64,000 bases of DNA from Auanema rhodensis. Taxonomy: Eukaryota; Animalia; Nematoda. Shown in pieces: positions 40,721-56,700 of this stretch. A program made the translations under genes and the position numbers. Where the stretch lies: assembly GCA_964057225.1 (NCBI GenBank), contig OZ059894.1:620001-684000 (forward strand). Reading direction: 5' to 3'. A model generated the notes under the pieces. That model ran no database searches. It saw only the letters and a program-made list of their open reading frames with translations, and was not told the DNA's origin. How positions within the stretch are numbered: position 1 is the first letter of the stretch; each line of letters begins with the position of its first letter.

Positions 40721-43700
40721 ATCACGTGTACATTTAATTAGCATAAATTAAAGTTCACGTAAATTTCAAAGTCATGGTTACCATGCACCAATATCAATAA
40801 AAATTTGTTTTTAGACTAATATGGACATGGGGAATCTAATTTTGAAAACCGCATCTCTTTATCTTTCACGTGAAGCAAGTTACATACCAAGTGCACATCA
40901 CGTGTACATTTAATTAGCATAAATTAAAGTTCACGTAAATTTCAAAGTCATGGTTACCATGCACCAATATCAATAAAAATTTGTTTTTAGACTAATATGG
41001 ACATGGGGAATCTAATTTTGAAAACCGCATCTCTTTATCTTTCACGTGAAGCAAGTTACATACCAAGTGCACATCACGTGTACATTTAATTAGCATAAAT
41101 TAAAGTTCACGTAAATTTCAAAGTCATGGTTACCATGCACCAATATCAATAAAAATTTGTTTTTAGACTAATATGGACATGGGGAATCTAATTTTGAAAA
41201 CCGCATCTCTTTATCTTTCACGTGAAGCAAGTTACATACCAAGTGCACATCACGTGTACATTTAATTAGCATAAATTAAAGTTCACGTAAATTTCAAAGT
41301 CATGGTTACCATGCACCAATATCAATAAAAATTTGTTTTTAGACTAATATGGACATGGGGAATCTAATTTTGAAAACCGCATCTCTTTATCTTTCACGTG
41401 AAGCGAGTTACATACCAAGTGCACATCACGTGTACATTTAATTAGCATAAATTGAAGTTCACGTAAATTTCAAAGTCATGGTTACCATGCACCAATATCA
41501 ATAACAATTTGTTTTTAGACTAATATGGACATGGGGAATCTAATTTTGAAAACCGCATCTCTTTATCTTTCACGTGAAGCGAGTTACATACCAAGTGCAC
41601 ATCACGTGTACATTTAATTAGCATAAATTAAAGTTCACGTAAATTTCAAAGTCATGGTTACCATGCACCAATATCAATAAAAATTTGTTTTTAGACTAAT
41701 ATGGACATGGGGAATCTAATTTTAAAAACCGCATCTCTTTATCTTTCACGTGAAGCGAGTTACATACCAAGTGCACATCACGTGTACATTTAATTAGCAT
41801 AAATTAAAGTTCACGTAATTTTCAAAGACATGGTTACCATGAACCAATATCAATAAAAATTTGTTTTTAGACTAATATGGACATGGGGAATCTAATTTTG
41901 AAAACCGCATCTCTTTATCTTTCACGTGGAGCAAGTTACATACCAAGTGCACATCACGTGTACATTTAATTAGCATAAATTAAAGTTCACGTAAATTTCA
42001 AAGTCATGGTTACCATGCACCAATATCAATAAAAATTTGTTTTTAGACTAATATGGACATGGGGAATCTAATTTTGAAAACCGCATCTCTTTATCTTTCA
42101 CGTGAAGCTAGTTACATACCAAGTGCACATCACGTGTACATTTAATTAGCATAAATTGAAGTTCACGTAAATTTCAAAGTCATGGTTACCATGCACCAAT
42201 ATCAATAACAATTTGTTTTAGACTAATATGGACATGGGGAATCTAATTTTGAAAACCGCATCTCTTTATTTTTCACGTGAAGCGAGTTACATACCAAGTG
42301 CACATCACGTGTACATTTAATTAGCATAAATTAAAGTTCACGTAAATTTCAAAGTCATGGTTACCATGCACCAATATCAATAACAATTTGTTTTTAGACT
42401 AATATGGACATGGGGAATCTAATTTTGAAAACCGCATCTCTTTATCTTTCACGTGAAGCGAGTTACATACCAAGTGCACATCACGTGTACATTTAATTAG
42501 CATAAATTAAAGTTCACGTAAATTTCAAAGTCATGGTTACCATGCACCAATATCAATAAAAATTTCTTTTTAGACTAATATGGACATGGGGAATCTAATT
42601 TTAAAAACCGCATCTCTTTATCTTTCACGTGAAGCGAGTTACATACCAAGTGCACATCACGTGTACATTTAATTAGCATAAATTAAAGTTCACGTAAATT
42701 TCAAAGTCATGGTTACCATGCACCAATATCAATAAAAATTTGTTTTTAGACTAATATGGACATGGGGAATCTAATTTTAAAAACCGCATCTCTTTATCTT
42801 TCACGTGAAGCGAGTTACATACCAAGTGCTCATCACGTGTACATTTAATTAGCATAAATTAAAGTTCACGTAATTTTCAAAGACATGGTTACCATGAACC
42901 AATATCAATAAAAATTTGTTTTTAGACTAATATGGACATGGGGAATCTAATTTTAAAAACCGCATCTCTTTATCTTTCACGTGAAGCAAGTTACATACCA
43001 AGTGCACATCACGTGTACATTTAATTAGCATAAATTAAAGTTCACGTAAATTTCAAAGTCATGGTTACCATGCACCAATATCAATAAAAATTTGTTTTTA
43101 GACTAATATGGACATGGGGAATCTAATTTTGAAAACCGCATCTCTTTATCTTTCACGTGAAGCAAGTTACATACCAAGTGCACATCACGTGTACATTTAA
43201 TTAGCATAAATTAAAGTTCACGTAAATTTCAAAGTCATGGTTACCATGCACCAATATCAATAAAAATTTGTTTTTAGACTAATATGGACATGGGGAATCT
43301 AATTTTGAAAACCGCATCTCTTTATCTTTCACGTGAAGCAAGTTACATACCAAGTGCACATCACGTGTACATTTAATTAGCATAAATTAAAGTTCACGTA
43401 AATTTCAAAGTCATGGTTACCATGCACCAATATCAATAAAAATTTGTTTTTAGACTAATATGGACATGGGGAATCTAATTTTGAAAACCGCATCTCTTTA
43501 TCTTTCACGTGAAGCGAGTTACATACCAAGTGCACATCACGTGTACATTTAATTAGCATAAATTGAAGTTCACGTAAATTTCAAAGTCATGGTTACCATG
43601 CACCAATATCAATAACAATTTGTTTTTAGACTAATATGGACATGGGGAATCTAATTTTGAAAACCGCATCTCTTTATCTTTCACGTGAAGCGAGTTACAT

Positions 43701-44942
43701 ACCAAGTGCACATCACGTGTACATTTAATTAGCATAAATTAAAGTTCACGTAAATTTCAAAGTCATGGTTACCATGCACCAATATCAATAAAAATTTGTT
43801 TTTAGACTAATATGGACATGGGGAATCTAATTTTAAAAACCGCATCTCTTTATCTTTCACGTGAAGCGAGTTACATACCAAGTGCACATCACGTGTACAT
43901 TTAATTAGCATAAATTAAAGTTCACGTAATTTTCAAAGACATGGTTACCATGAACCAATATCAATAAAAATTTGTTTTTAGACTAATATGGACATGGGGA
44001 ATCTAATTTTGAAAACCGCATCTCTTTATCTTTCACGTGGAGCAAGTTACATACCAAGTGCACATCACGTGTACATTTAATTAGCATAAATTAAAGTTCA
44101 CGTAAATTTCAAAGTCATGGTTACCATGCACCAATATCAATAAAAATTTGTTTTTAGACTAATATGGACATGGGGAATCTAATTTTGAAAACCGCATCTC
44201 TTTATCTTTCACGTGAAGCTAGTTACATACCAAGTGCACATCACGTGTACATTTAATTAGCATAAATTGAAGTTCACGTAAATTTCAAAGTCATGGTTAC
44301 CATGCACCAATATCAATAACAATTTGTTTTAGACTAATATGGACATGGGGAATCTAATTTTGAAAACCGCATCTCTTTATTTTTCACGTGAAGCGAGTTA
44401 CATACCAAGTGCACATCACGTGTACATTTAATTAGCATAAATTAAAGTTCACGTAAATTTCAAAGTCATGGTTACCATGCACCAATATCAATAACAATTT
44501 GTTTTTAGACTAATATGGACATGGGGAATCTAATTTTGAAAACCGCATCTCTTTATCTTTCACGTGAAGCGAGTTACATACCAAGTGCACATCACGTGTA
44601 CATTTAATTAGCATAAATTAAAGTTCACGTAAATTTCAAAGTCATGGTTACCATGCACCAATATCAATAAAAATTTGTTTTTAGACTAATATGGACATGG
44701 GGAATCTAATTTTAAAAACCGCATCTCTTTATCTTTCACGTGAAGCGAGTTACATACCAAGTGCACATCACGTGTACATTTAATTAGCATAAATTAAAGT
44801 TCACGTAAATTTCAAAGTCATGGTTACCATGCACCAATATCAATAAAAATTTGTTTTTAGACTAATATGGACATGGGGAATCTAATTTTAAAAACCGCAT
44901 CTCTTTATCTTTCACGTGAAGCGAGTTACATACCAAGTGCTC
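40721..44942. repeat. Higher-order tandem duplication: 2 x 12-mer (2111-bp period)
   Basis: C143T marker (TTATTTTTCACG) at 42270 and 44381. A175T (GTGCTC) at about 42830 and about 44941. The triple-G157A run is repeated. Confidence 0.88.
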
Positions 44943-46877
44943 ATCACGTGTACATTTAATTAGCATAAATTAAAGTTCACGTAATTTTCAAAGACATGGT
45001 TACCATGAACCAATATCAATAAAAATTTGTTTTTAGACTAATATGGACATGGGGAATCTAATTTTGAAAACCGCATCTCTTTATCTTTCACGTGGAGCAA
45101 GTTACATACCAAATGCACATCACGTGTACATTTAATTAGCATAAATTAAAGTTCACGTAAATTTCAAAGTCATGGTTACCATGCACCAATATCAATAAAA
45201 ATTTGTTTTTAGACTAATATGGACATGGGGAATCTAATTTTGAAAACCGCATCTCTTTATCTTTCACGTGAAGCTAGTTACATACCAAGTGCACATCACG
45301 TGTACATTTAATTAGCATAAATTGAAGTTCACGTAAATTTCAAAGTCATGGTTACCATGCACCAATATCAATAACAATTTGTTTTAGACTAATATGGACA
45401 TGGGGAATCTAATTTTGAAAACCGCATCTCTTTATCTCTCACGTGAAGCGAGTTACATACCAAGTGCACATCACGTGTACATTTAATTAGCATAAATTAA
45501 AGTTCACGTAAATTTCAAAGTCATGGTTACCATGCACCAATATCGATAAAAATTTGTTTTTAGACTAATATGGACATGGGGAATCTAATTTTGAAAATCG
45601 CATCTCTTTATCTTTCACGTGAAGCGAGTTACATACCAAGTGCACATCACGTGTACATTTAATTAGCATAAATTAAAGTTCACGTAAATTTCAAAGTCAT
45701 GGTTACCATGAACCAATATCAATAAAAATTTGTTTTTAGACTAATATGGACATGGGGAATCTAATTTTGAAAACCGCATCTCTTTATCTTTCACGTGAAG
45801 CGAGTTACATACCAAGTGCACATCACGTGTACATTTAATTAGCATAAATTAAAGTTCACGTAAATTTCAAAGTCATGGTTACCATGCACCAATATCAATA
45901 AAAATTTGTTTTTAGACTAATATGGACATGGGGAATCTAATTTTGAAAACCGCATCTCTTTATCTTTCACGTGAAGCAGGTTACATACAAAGTGCACATC
46001 ACGTGTACATTTAATTAGCATAAATTAAAGTTCACGTAAATTTCAAAGTCATGGTTACCATGCACCAATATCAATAAAAATTTGTTTTTAGACTAATATG
46101 GACATGGGGAATCTAATTTTGAAAACCGCATCTCTTTATCTTTCACGTGAAGCAGGTTACATACAAAGTGCACATCACGTGTACATTTAATTAGCATAAA
46201 TTAAAGTTCACGTAAATTTCAAAGTCATGGTTACCATGCACCAATATCGATAAAAATTTGTTTTTAGACTAATATGGACATGGGGAATCTAATTTTGAAA
46301 ATCGCATCTCTTTATCTTTCACGTGAAGCTAGTTACATACCAAGTGCACATCACGTGTACATTTAATTAGCATAAATTAAAGTTCACGTAAATTTCAAAG
46401 TCATGGTTACCATGAACCAATATCAATAAAAATTTGTTTTTAGACTAATATGGACATGGGGAATCTAATTTTGAAAACCGCATCTCTTTATCTTTCACGT
46501 GAAGCGAGTTACATACCAAGTGCACATCACGTGTACATTTAATTAGCATAAATTAAAGTTCACGTAAATTTCAAAGTCATGGTTACCATGCACCAATATC
46601 AATAAAAATTTGTTTTTAGACTAATATGGACATGGGGAATCTAATTTTGAAAATCGCATCTCTTTATCTTTCACGTGAAGCGAGTTACATACCAAGTGCA
46701 CATCACGTGTACATTTAATTAGCATAAATTAAAGTTCACGTAAATTTCAAAGTCATGGTTACCATGAACCAATATCAATAAAAATTTGTTTTTAGACTAA
46801 TATGGACATGGGGAATCTAATTTTGAAAACCGCATCTCTTTATCTTTCACGTGAAGCGAGTTACATACCAAGTGCAC

Positions 46878-49800
46878 ATCACGTGTACATTTAATTAGCA
46901 TAAATTAAAGTTCACGTAAATTTCAAAGTCATGGTTACCATGCACCAATATCAATAAAAATTTGTTTTTAGACTAATATGGACATGGGGAATCTAATTTT
47001 AAAAACCGCATCTCTTTATCTTTCACGTGAAGCGAGTTACATACCAAGTGCACATCACGTGTACATTTAATTAGCATAAATTAAAGTTCACGTAAATTTC
47101 AAAGTCATGGTTACCATGCACCAATATCAATAAAAATTTGTTTTTAGACTAATATGGACATGGGGAATCTAATTTTAAAAACCGCATCTCTTTATCTTTC
47201 ACGTGAAGCGAGTTACATACCAAGTGCTCATCACGTGTACATTTAATTAGCATAAATTAAAGTTCACGTAATTTTCAAAGACATGGTTACCATGAACCAA
47301 TATCAATAAAAATTTGTTTTTAGACTAATATGGACATGGGGAATCTAATTTTGAAAACCGCATCTCTTTATCTTTCACGTGGAGCAAGTTACATACCAAG
47401 TGCACATCACGTGTACATTTAATTAGCATAAATTAAAGTTCACGTAAATTTCAAAGTCATGGTTACCATGCACCAATATCAATAAAAATTTGTTTTTAGA
47501 CTAATATGGACATGGGGAATCTAATTTTGAAAACCGCATCTCTTTATCTTTCACGTGAAGCTAGTTACATACCAAGTGCACATCACGTGTACATTTAATT
47601 AGCATAAATTGAAGTTCACGTAAATTTCAAAGTCATGGTTACCATGCACCAATATCAATAACAATTTGTTTTAGACTAATATGGACATGGGGAATCTAAT
47701 TTTGAAAACCGCATCTCTTTATCTCTCACGTGAAGCGAGTTACATACCAAGTGCACATCACGTGTACATTTAATTAGCATAAATTAAAGTTCACGTAAAT
47801 TTCAAAGTCATGGTTACCATGCACCAATATCGATAAAAATTTGTTTTTAGACTAATATGGACATGGGGAATCTAATTTTGAAAATCGCATCTCTTTATCT
47901 TTCACGTGAAGCGAGTTACATACCAAGTGCACATCACGTGTACATTTAATTAGCATAAATTAAAGTTCACGTAAATTTCAAAGTCATGGTTACCATGAAC
48001 CAATATCAATAAAAATTTGTTTTTAGACTAATATGGACATGGGGAATCTAATTTTGAAAACCGCATCTCTTTATCTTTCACGTGAAGCGAGTTACATACC
48101 AAGTGCACATCACGTGTACATTTAATTAGCATAAATTAAAGTTCACGTAAATTTCAAAGTCATGGTTACCATGCACCAATATCAATAAAAATTTGTTTTT
48201 AGACTAATATGGACATGGGGAATCTAATTTTGAAAACCGCATCTCTTTATCTTTCACGTGAAGCAGGTTACATACAAAGTGCACATCACGTGTACATTTA
48301 ATTAGCATAAATTAAAGTTCACGTAAATTTCAAAGTCATGGTTACCATGCACCAATATCGATAAAAATTTGTTTTTAGACTAATATGGACATGGGGAATC
48401 TAATTTTGAAAATCGCATCTCTTTATCTTTCACGTGAAGCTAGTTACATACCAAGTGCACATCACGTGTACATTTAATTAGCATAAATTAAAGTTCACGT
48501 AAATTTCAAAGTCATGGTTACCATGAACCAATATCAATAAAAATTTGTTTTTAGACTAATATGGACATGGGGAATCTAATTTTGAAAACCGCATCTCTTT
48601 ATCTTTCACGTGAAGCGAGTTACATACCAAGTGCACATCACGTGTACATTTAATTAGCATAAATTAAAGTTCACGTAAATTTCAAAGTCATGGTTACCAT
48701 GCACCAATATCAATAAAAATTTGTTTTTAGACTAATATGGACATGGGGAATCTAATTTTGAAAACCGCATCTCTTTATCTTTCACGTGGAGCAAGTTACA
48801 TACCAAGTGCACATCACGTGTACATTTAATTAGCATAAATTAAAGTTCACGTAAAATTCAAAGTCATGGTTACCATGAACCAATATCAATAAAAATTTGT
48901 TTTTAGACTAATATGGACATGGGGAATCTAATTTTAAAAACCGCATCTCTTTATCTTTCACGTGAAGCGAGTTACATACCAAGTGCACATCACGTGTACA
49001 TTTAATTAGCATAAATTAAAGTTCACGTAAATTTCAAAGTCATGGTTACCATGCACCAATATCAATAAAAATTTGTTTTTAGACTAATATGGACATGGGG
49101 AATCTAATTTTAAAAACCGCATCTCTTTATCTTTCACGTGAAGCGAGTTACATACCAAGTGCTCATCACGTGTACATTTAATTAGCATAAATTAAAGTTC
49201 ACGTAATTTTCAAAGACATGGTTACCATGAACCAATATCAATAAAAATTTGTTTTTAGACTAATATGGACATGGGGAATCTAATTTTGAAAACCGCATCT
49301 CTTTATCTTTCACGTGGAGCAAGTTACATACCAAGTGCACATCACGTGTACATTTAATTAGCATAAATTAAAGTTCACGTAAATTTCAAAGTCATGGTTA
49401 CCATGCACCAATATCAATAAAAATTTGTTTTTAGACTAATATGGACATGGGGAATCTAATTTTGAAAACCGCATCTCTTTATCTTTCACGTGAAGCTAGT
49501 TACATACCAAGTGCACATCACGTGTACATTTAATTAGCATAAATTGAAGTTCACGTAAATTTCAAAGTCATGGTTACCATGCACCAATATCAATAACAAT
49601 TTGTTTTAGACTAATATGGACATGGGGAATCTAATTTTGAAAACCGCATCTCTTTATCTCTCACGTGAAGCGAGTTACATACCAAGTGCACATCACGTGT
49701 ACATTTAATTAGCATAAATTAAAGTTCACGTAAATTTCAAAGTCATGGTTACCATGCACCAATATCGATAAAAATTTGTTTTTAGACTAATATGGACATG

Positions 49801-50747
49801 GGGAATCTAATTTTGAAAATCGCATCTCTTTATCTTTCACGTGAAGCGAGTTACATACCAAGTGCACATCACGTGTACATTTAATTAGCATAAATTAAAG
49901 TTCACGTAAATTTCAAAGTCATGGTTACCATGAACCAATATCAATAAAAATTTGTTTTTAGACTAATATGGACATGGGGAATCTAATTTTGAAAACCGCA
50001 TCTCTTTATCTTTCACGTGAAGCGAGTTACATACCAAGTGCACATCACGTGTACATTTAATTAGCATAAATTAAAGTTCACGTAAATTTCAAAGTCATGG
50101 TTACCATGCACCAATATCAATAAAAATTTGTTTTTAGACTAATATGGACATGGGGAATCTAATTTTGAAAACCGCATCTCTTTATCTTTCACGTGAAGCA
50201 GGTTACATACAAAGTGCACATCACGTGTACATTTAATTAGCATAAATTAAAGTTCACGTAAATTTCAAAGTCATGGTTACCATGCACCAATATCGATAAA
50301 AATTTGTTTTTAGACTAATATGGACATGGGGAATCTAATTTTGAAAATCGCATCTCTTTATCTTTCACGTGAAGCTAGTTACATACCAAGTGCACATCAC
50401 GTGTACATTTAATTAGCATAAATTAAAGTTCACGTAAATTTCAAAGTCATGGTTACCATGAACCAATATCAATAAAAATTTGTTTTTAGACTAATATGGA
50501 CATGGGGAATCTAATTTTGAAAACCGCATCTCTTTATCTTTCACGTGAAGCGAGTTACATACCAAGTGCACATCACGTGTACATTTAATTAGCATAAATT
50601 AAAGTTCACGTAAATTTCAAAGTCATGGTTACCATGCACCAATATCAATAAAAATTTGTTTTTAGACTAATATGGACATGGGGAATCTAATTTTGAAAAC
50701 CGCATCTCTTTATCTTTCACGTGAAGCTAGTTACATACCAAGTGCAC
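46878..50747. repeat. Higher-order tandem duplication: 2 x 11-mer (1935-bp period), with a related 13-mer copy just upstream (44591-46877)
   Basis: The series G124A; G124A/A175T; A43T/T52A/A153G/G157A; G157T; 175-bp monomer; A76G/C129T; G157A/A158G/C168A is repeated at 46878 and 48813. Confidence 0.85.
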
Positions 50748-53700
50748 ATCACGTGTACATTTAATTAGCATAAATTGAAGTTCACGTAAATTTCAAAGTC
50801 ATGGTTACCATGCACCAATATCAATAACAATTTGTTTTAGACTAATATGGACATGGGGAATCTAATTTTGAAAACCGCATCTCTTTATCTCTCACGTGAA
50901 GCGAGTTACATACCAAGTGCACATCACGTGTACATTTAATTAGCATAAATTAAAGTTCACGTAAATTTCAAAGTCATGGTTACCATGCACCAATATCGAT
51001 GAAAATTTGTTTTTAGACTAATATGGACATGGGGAATCTAATTTTGAAAATCGCATCTCTTTATCTTTCACGTGAAGCGAGTTACATACCAAGTGCACAT
51101 CACGTGTACATTTAATTAGCATAAATTAAAGTTCACGTAAATTTCAAAGTCATGGTTACCATGAACCAATATCAATAAAAATTTGTTTTTAGACTAATAT
51201 GGACATGGGGAATCTAATTTTGAAAACCGCATCTCTTTATCTTTCACGTGAAGCGAGTTACATACCAAGTGCACATCACGTGTACATTTAATTAGCATAA
51301 ATTGAAGTTCACGTAAATTTCAAAGTCATGGTTACCATGCACCAATATCGATAAAAATTTGTTTTTAGACTAATATGGACATGGGGAATCTAATTTTGAA
51401 AATCGCATCTCTTTATCTTTCACGTGAAGCTAGTTACATACCAAGTGCACATCACGTGTACATTTAATTAGCATAAATTAAAGTTCACGTAAATTTCAAA
51501 GTCATGGTTACCATGAACCAATATCAATAAAAATTTGTTTTTAGACTAATATGGACATGGGGAATCTAATTTTGAAAACCGCATCTCTTTATCTTTCACG
51601 TGAAGCGAGTTACATACCAAGTGCACATCACGTGTACATTTAATTAGCATAAATTAAAGTTCACGTAAATTTCAAAGTCATGGTTACCATGCACCAATAT
51701 CAATAAAAATTTGTGTTTAGACTAATATGGACATGGGGAATCTAATTTTGAAAACCGCATCTCTTTATCTTCCACGTGAAGCGAGTTACATACCAAGTGC
51801 ACATCACGTGTACATTTAATTAGCATAAATTAAAGTTCACGTAAATTTCAAAGTCATGGTTACCATGAACCAATATCAATAAAAATTTGTGTTTAGACTA
51901 ATATGGACATGGGGAATCTAATTTTGAAAACCGCATCTCTTTATCTTCCACGTGAAGCGAGTTACATACCAAGTGCACATCACGTGTACATTTAATTAGC
52001 ATAAATTTAAGTTCACGTAAATTTCAAAGTCATGGTTACCATGCACCAATATCGATGAAAATTTGTTTTTAGACTAATATGGACATGGGGAATCTAATTT
52101 TGAAAATCGCATCTCTTTATCTTTCACGTGAAGCGAGTTACATACCAAGTGCACATCACGTGTACATTTAATTAGCATAAATTAAAGTTCACGTAAATTT
52201 CAAAGTCATGGTTACCATGAACCAATATCAATAAAAATTTGTTTTTAGACTAATATGGACATGGGGAATCTAATTTTGAAAACCGCATCTCTTTATCTTT
52301 CACGTGAAGCGAGTTACATACCAAGTGCACATCACGTGTACATTTAATTAGCATAAATTGAAGTTCACGTAAATTTCAAAGTCATGGTTACCATGCACCA
52401 ATATCGATAAAAATTTGTTTTTAGACTAATATGGACATGGGGAATCTAATTTTGAAAATCGCATCTCTTTATCTTTCACGTGAAGCTAGTTACATACCAA
52501 GTGCACATCACGTGTACATTTAATTAGCATAAATTAAAGTTCACGTAAATTTCAAAGTCATGGTTACCATGAACCAATATCAATAAAAATTTGTTTTTAG
52601 ACTAATATGGACATGGGGAATCTAATTTTGAAAACCGCATCTCTTTATCTTTCACGTGAAGCGAGTTACATACCAAGTGCACATCACGTGTACATTTAAT
52701 TAGCATAAATTAAAGTTCACGTAAATTTCAAAGTCATGGTTACCATGCACCAATATCAATAAAAATTTGTGTTTAGACTAATATGGACATGGGGAATCTA
52801 ATTTTGAAAACCGCATCTCTTTATCTTCCACGTGAAGCGAGTTACATACCAAGTGCACATCACGTGTACATTTAATTAGCATAAATTAAAGTTCACGTAA
52901 ATTTCAAAGTCATGGTTACCATGAACCAATATCAATAAAAATTTGTTTTTAGACTAATATGGACATGAGGAATCTAATTTTGAAAACCGCATCTCTTTAT
53001 CTTCCACGTGAAGCGAGTTACATACCAAGTGCACATCACGTGTACATTTAATTAGCATAAATTAAAGTTCACGTAAATTTCAAAGTCATGGTTACCATGA
53101 ACCAATATCGATAAAAATTTGTTTTTAGACTAATATGGACATGGGGAATCTAATTTTGAAAATCGCATCTCTTTATCTTTCACGTGAAGCTAGTTACATA
53201 CCAAGTGCACATCACGTGTACATTTAATTAGCATAAATTAAAGTTCACGTAAATTTCAAAGTCATGGTTACCATGAACCAATATCAATAAAAATTTGTTT
53301 TTAGACTAATATGGACATGGGGAATCTAATTTTGAAAACCGCATCTCTTTATCTTTCACGTGAAGCGAGTTACATACCAAGTGCACATCACGTGTACATT
53401 TAATTAGCATAAATTAAAGTTCACGTAAATTTCAAAGTCATGGTTACCATGCACCAATATCAATAAAAATTTGTGTTTAGACTAATATGGACATGGGGAA
53501 TCTAATTTTGAAAACCGCATCTCTTTATCTTCCACGTGAAGCGAGTTACATACCAAGTGCACATCACGTGTACATTTAATTAGCATAAATTAAAGTTCAC
53601 GTAAATTTCAAAGTCATGGTTACCATGAACCAATATCAATAAAAATTTGTTTTTAGACTAATATGGACATGAGGAATCTAATTTTGAAAACCGCATCTCT

Positions 53701-56700
53701 TTATCTTCCACGTGAAGCGAGTTACATACCAAGTGCACATCACGTGTACATTTAATTAGCATAAATTAAAGTTCACGTAAATTTCAAAGTCATGGTTACC
53801 ATGAACCAATATCAATAAAAATTTGTTTTTAGACTAATATGGACATGGGGAATCTAATTTTGAAAACCGCATCTCTTTATCTTTCAAGTGAAGCTAGTTA
53901 CATACCAAGTGCACATCACGTGTACATTTAATTAGCATAAATTAAAGTTCACGTAAATTTCAAAGTCATGGTTACCATGAACCAATATCAATAAAAATTT
54001 GTTTTTAGACTAATATGGACATGGGGAATCTAATTTTGAAAACCGCATCTCTTTATCTTTCACGTGAAGCGAGTTACATACCAAGTGCACATCACGTGTA
54101 CATTTAATTAGCATAAATTAAAGTTCACGTAAATTTCAAAGTCATGGTTACCATGCACCAATATCAATAAAAATTTGTGTTTAGACTAATATGGACATGG
54201 GGAATCTAATTTTGAAAACCGCATCTCTTTATCTTCCACGTGAAGCGAGTTACATACCAAGTGCACATCACGTGTACATTTAATTAGCATAAATTAAAGT
54301 TCACGTAATTTTCAAAGACATGGTTACCATGAACCAATATCAATAAAAATTTGTTTTTAGACTAATATGGACATGGGGAATCTAATTTTGAAAACCGCAT
54401 CTCTTTATCTTTCACGTGGAGCAAGTTACATACCAAGTGCACATCACGTGTACATTTAATTAGCATAAATTAAAGTTCACGTAAATTTCAAAGTCATGGT
54501 TACCATGCACCAATATCAATAAAAATTTGTTTTTAGACTAATATGGACATGGGGAATCTAATTTTGAAAACCGCATCTCTTTATCTTTCACGTGAAGCTA
54601 GTTACATACCAAGTGCACATCACGTGTACATTTAATTAGCATAAATTAAAGTTCACGTAATTTTCAAAGACATGGTTACCATGAACCAATATCAATAAAA
54701 ATTTGTTTTTAGACTAATATGGACATGGGGAATCCAATTTTGAAAACCGCATCTCTTCATCTTTCACGTGAAGCGAGTTACATACCAAGTGCACATCACG
54801 TGTACATTTAATTAGCATAAATTAAAGTTCACGTAATTTTCAAAGACATGGTTACCATGAACCAATATCAATAAAAATTTGTTTTTAGACTAATATGGAC
54901 ATGGGGAATCTAATTTTGAAAACCGCATCTCTTTATCTTTCAAGTGAAGCGAGTTACATACCAAGTGCACATCACGTGTACATTTAATTAGCATAAATTA
55001 AAGTTCACGTAAATTTCAAAGTCATGGTTACCATGCACCAATATCAATAAAAATTTGTTTTTAGACTAATATGGACATGGGGAATCTAATTTTGAAAACC
55101 GCATCTCTTTATCTTTCACGTGAAGCGAGTTACATACCAAGTGCACATCAGGTGTGCATTTAATTAGCATAAATTAAAGTTCACGTAATTTTCAAAGACA
55201 TGGTTACCATGAACCAATATCAATAAAAATTTGTTTTTAGACTAATATGGACATGGGGAATCCAATTTTGAAAACCGCATCTCTTCATCTTTCACGTGAA
55301 GCGAGTTACATACCAAGTGCACATCACGTGTACATTTAATTAGCATAAATTAAAGTTCACGTAATTTTCAAAGACATGGTTACCATGAACCAATATCAAT
55401 AAAAATTTGTTTTTAGACTAATATGGACATGGGGAATCTAATTTTGAAAACCGCATCTCTTTATCTTTCACGTGAAGCGAGTTACATACCAAGTGCACAT
55501 CACGTGTACATTTAATTAGCATAAATTAAAGTTCACGTAAATTTCAAAGTCATGGTTACCATGAACCAATATCAATAAAAATTTGTTTTTAGACTAATAT
55601 GGACATGGGGAATCTAATTTTGAAAACCGCATCTCTTTATCTTTCACGTGAAGCAAGTTACATACCAAGTGCACATCACGTGTACATTTAATTAGCATAA
55701 ATTAAAGTTCACGTAAATTTCAAAGTCATGGTTACCATGCACCAATATCAATAAAAATTTGTTTTTAGACTAATATGGACATGGGGAATCTAATTTTGAA
55801 AACCGCATCTCTTTATCTTTCACGTGAAGCGAGTTACATACCAAGTGCACATCAGGTGTGCATTTAATTAGCATAAATTAAAGTTCACGTAATTTTCAAA
55901 GACATGGTTACCATGAACCAATATCAATAAAAATTTGTTTTCAGACTAATATGGACATGGGGAATCCAATTTTGAAAACCGCATCTCTTCATCTTTCACG
56001 TGAAGCGAGTTACATACCAAGTGCACATCACGTGTACATTTAATTAGCATAAATTAAAGTTCACGTAATTTTCAAAGACATGGTTACCATGAACCAATAT
56101 TAATAAAAATTTGTTTTTAGACTAATATGGACATGGGGAATCTAATTTTGAAAACCGCATCTCTTTATCTTTCACGTGAAGCGAGTTACATACCAAGTGC
56201 ACATCACGTGTACATTTAATTAGCATAAATTAAAGTTCACGTAAATTTCAAAGTCATGGTTACCATGAACCAATATCAATAAAAATTTGTTTTTAGACTA
56301 ATATGGACATGGGGAATCTAATTTTGAAAACCGCATCTCTTTATCTTTCACGTGAAGCAAGTTACATACCAAGTGCACATCACGTGTACATTTAATTAGC
56401 ATAAATTAAAGTTCACGTAAATTTCAAAGTCATGGTTACCATGCACCAATATCAATAAAAATTTGTTTTTAGACTAATATGGACATGGGGAATCTAATTT
56501 TGAAAACCGCATCTCTTTATCTTTCACGTGAAGCGAGTTACATACCAAGTGCACATCACGTGTACATTTAATTAGCATAAATTAAAGTTCACGTAAATTT
56601 CAAAGTCATGGTTACCATGAACCAATATCAATAAAAATTTGTTTTTAGACTAATATGGACATGGGGAATCTAATTTTGAAAACCACATCTCTTTATCTTT

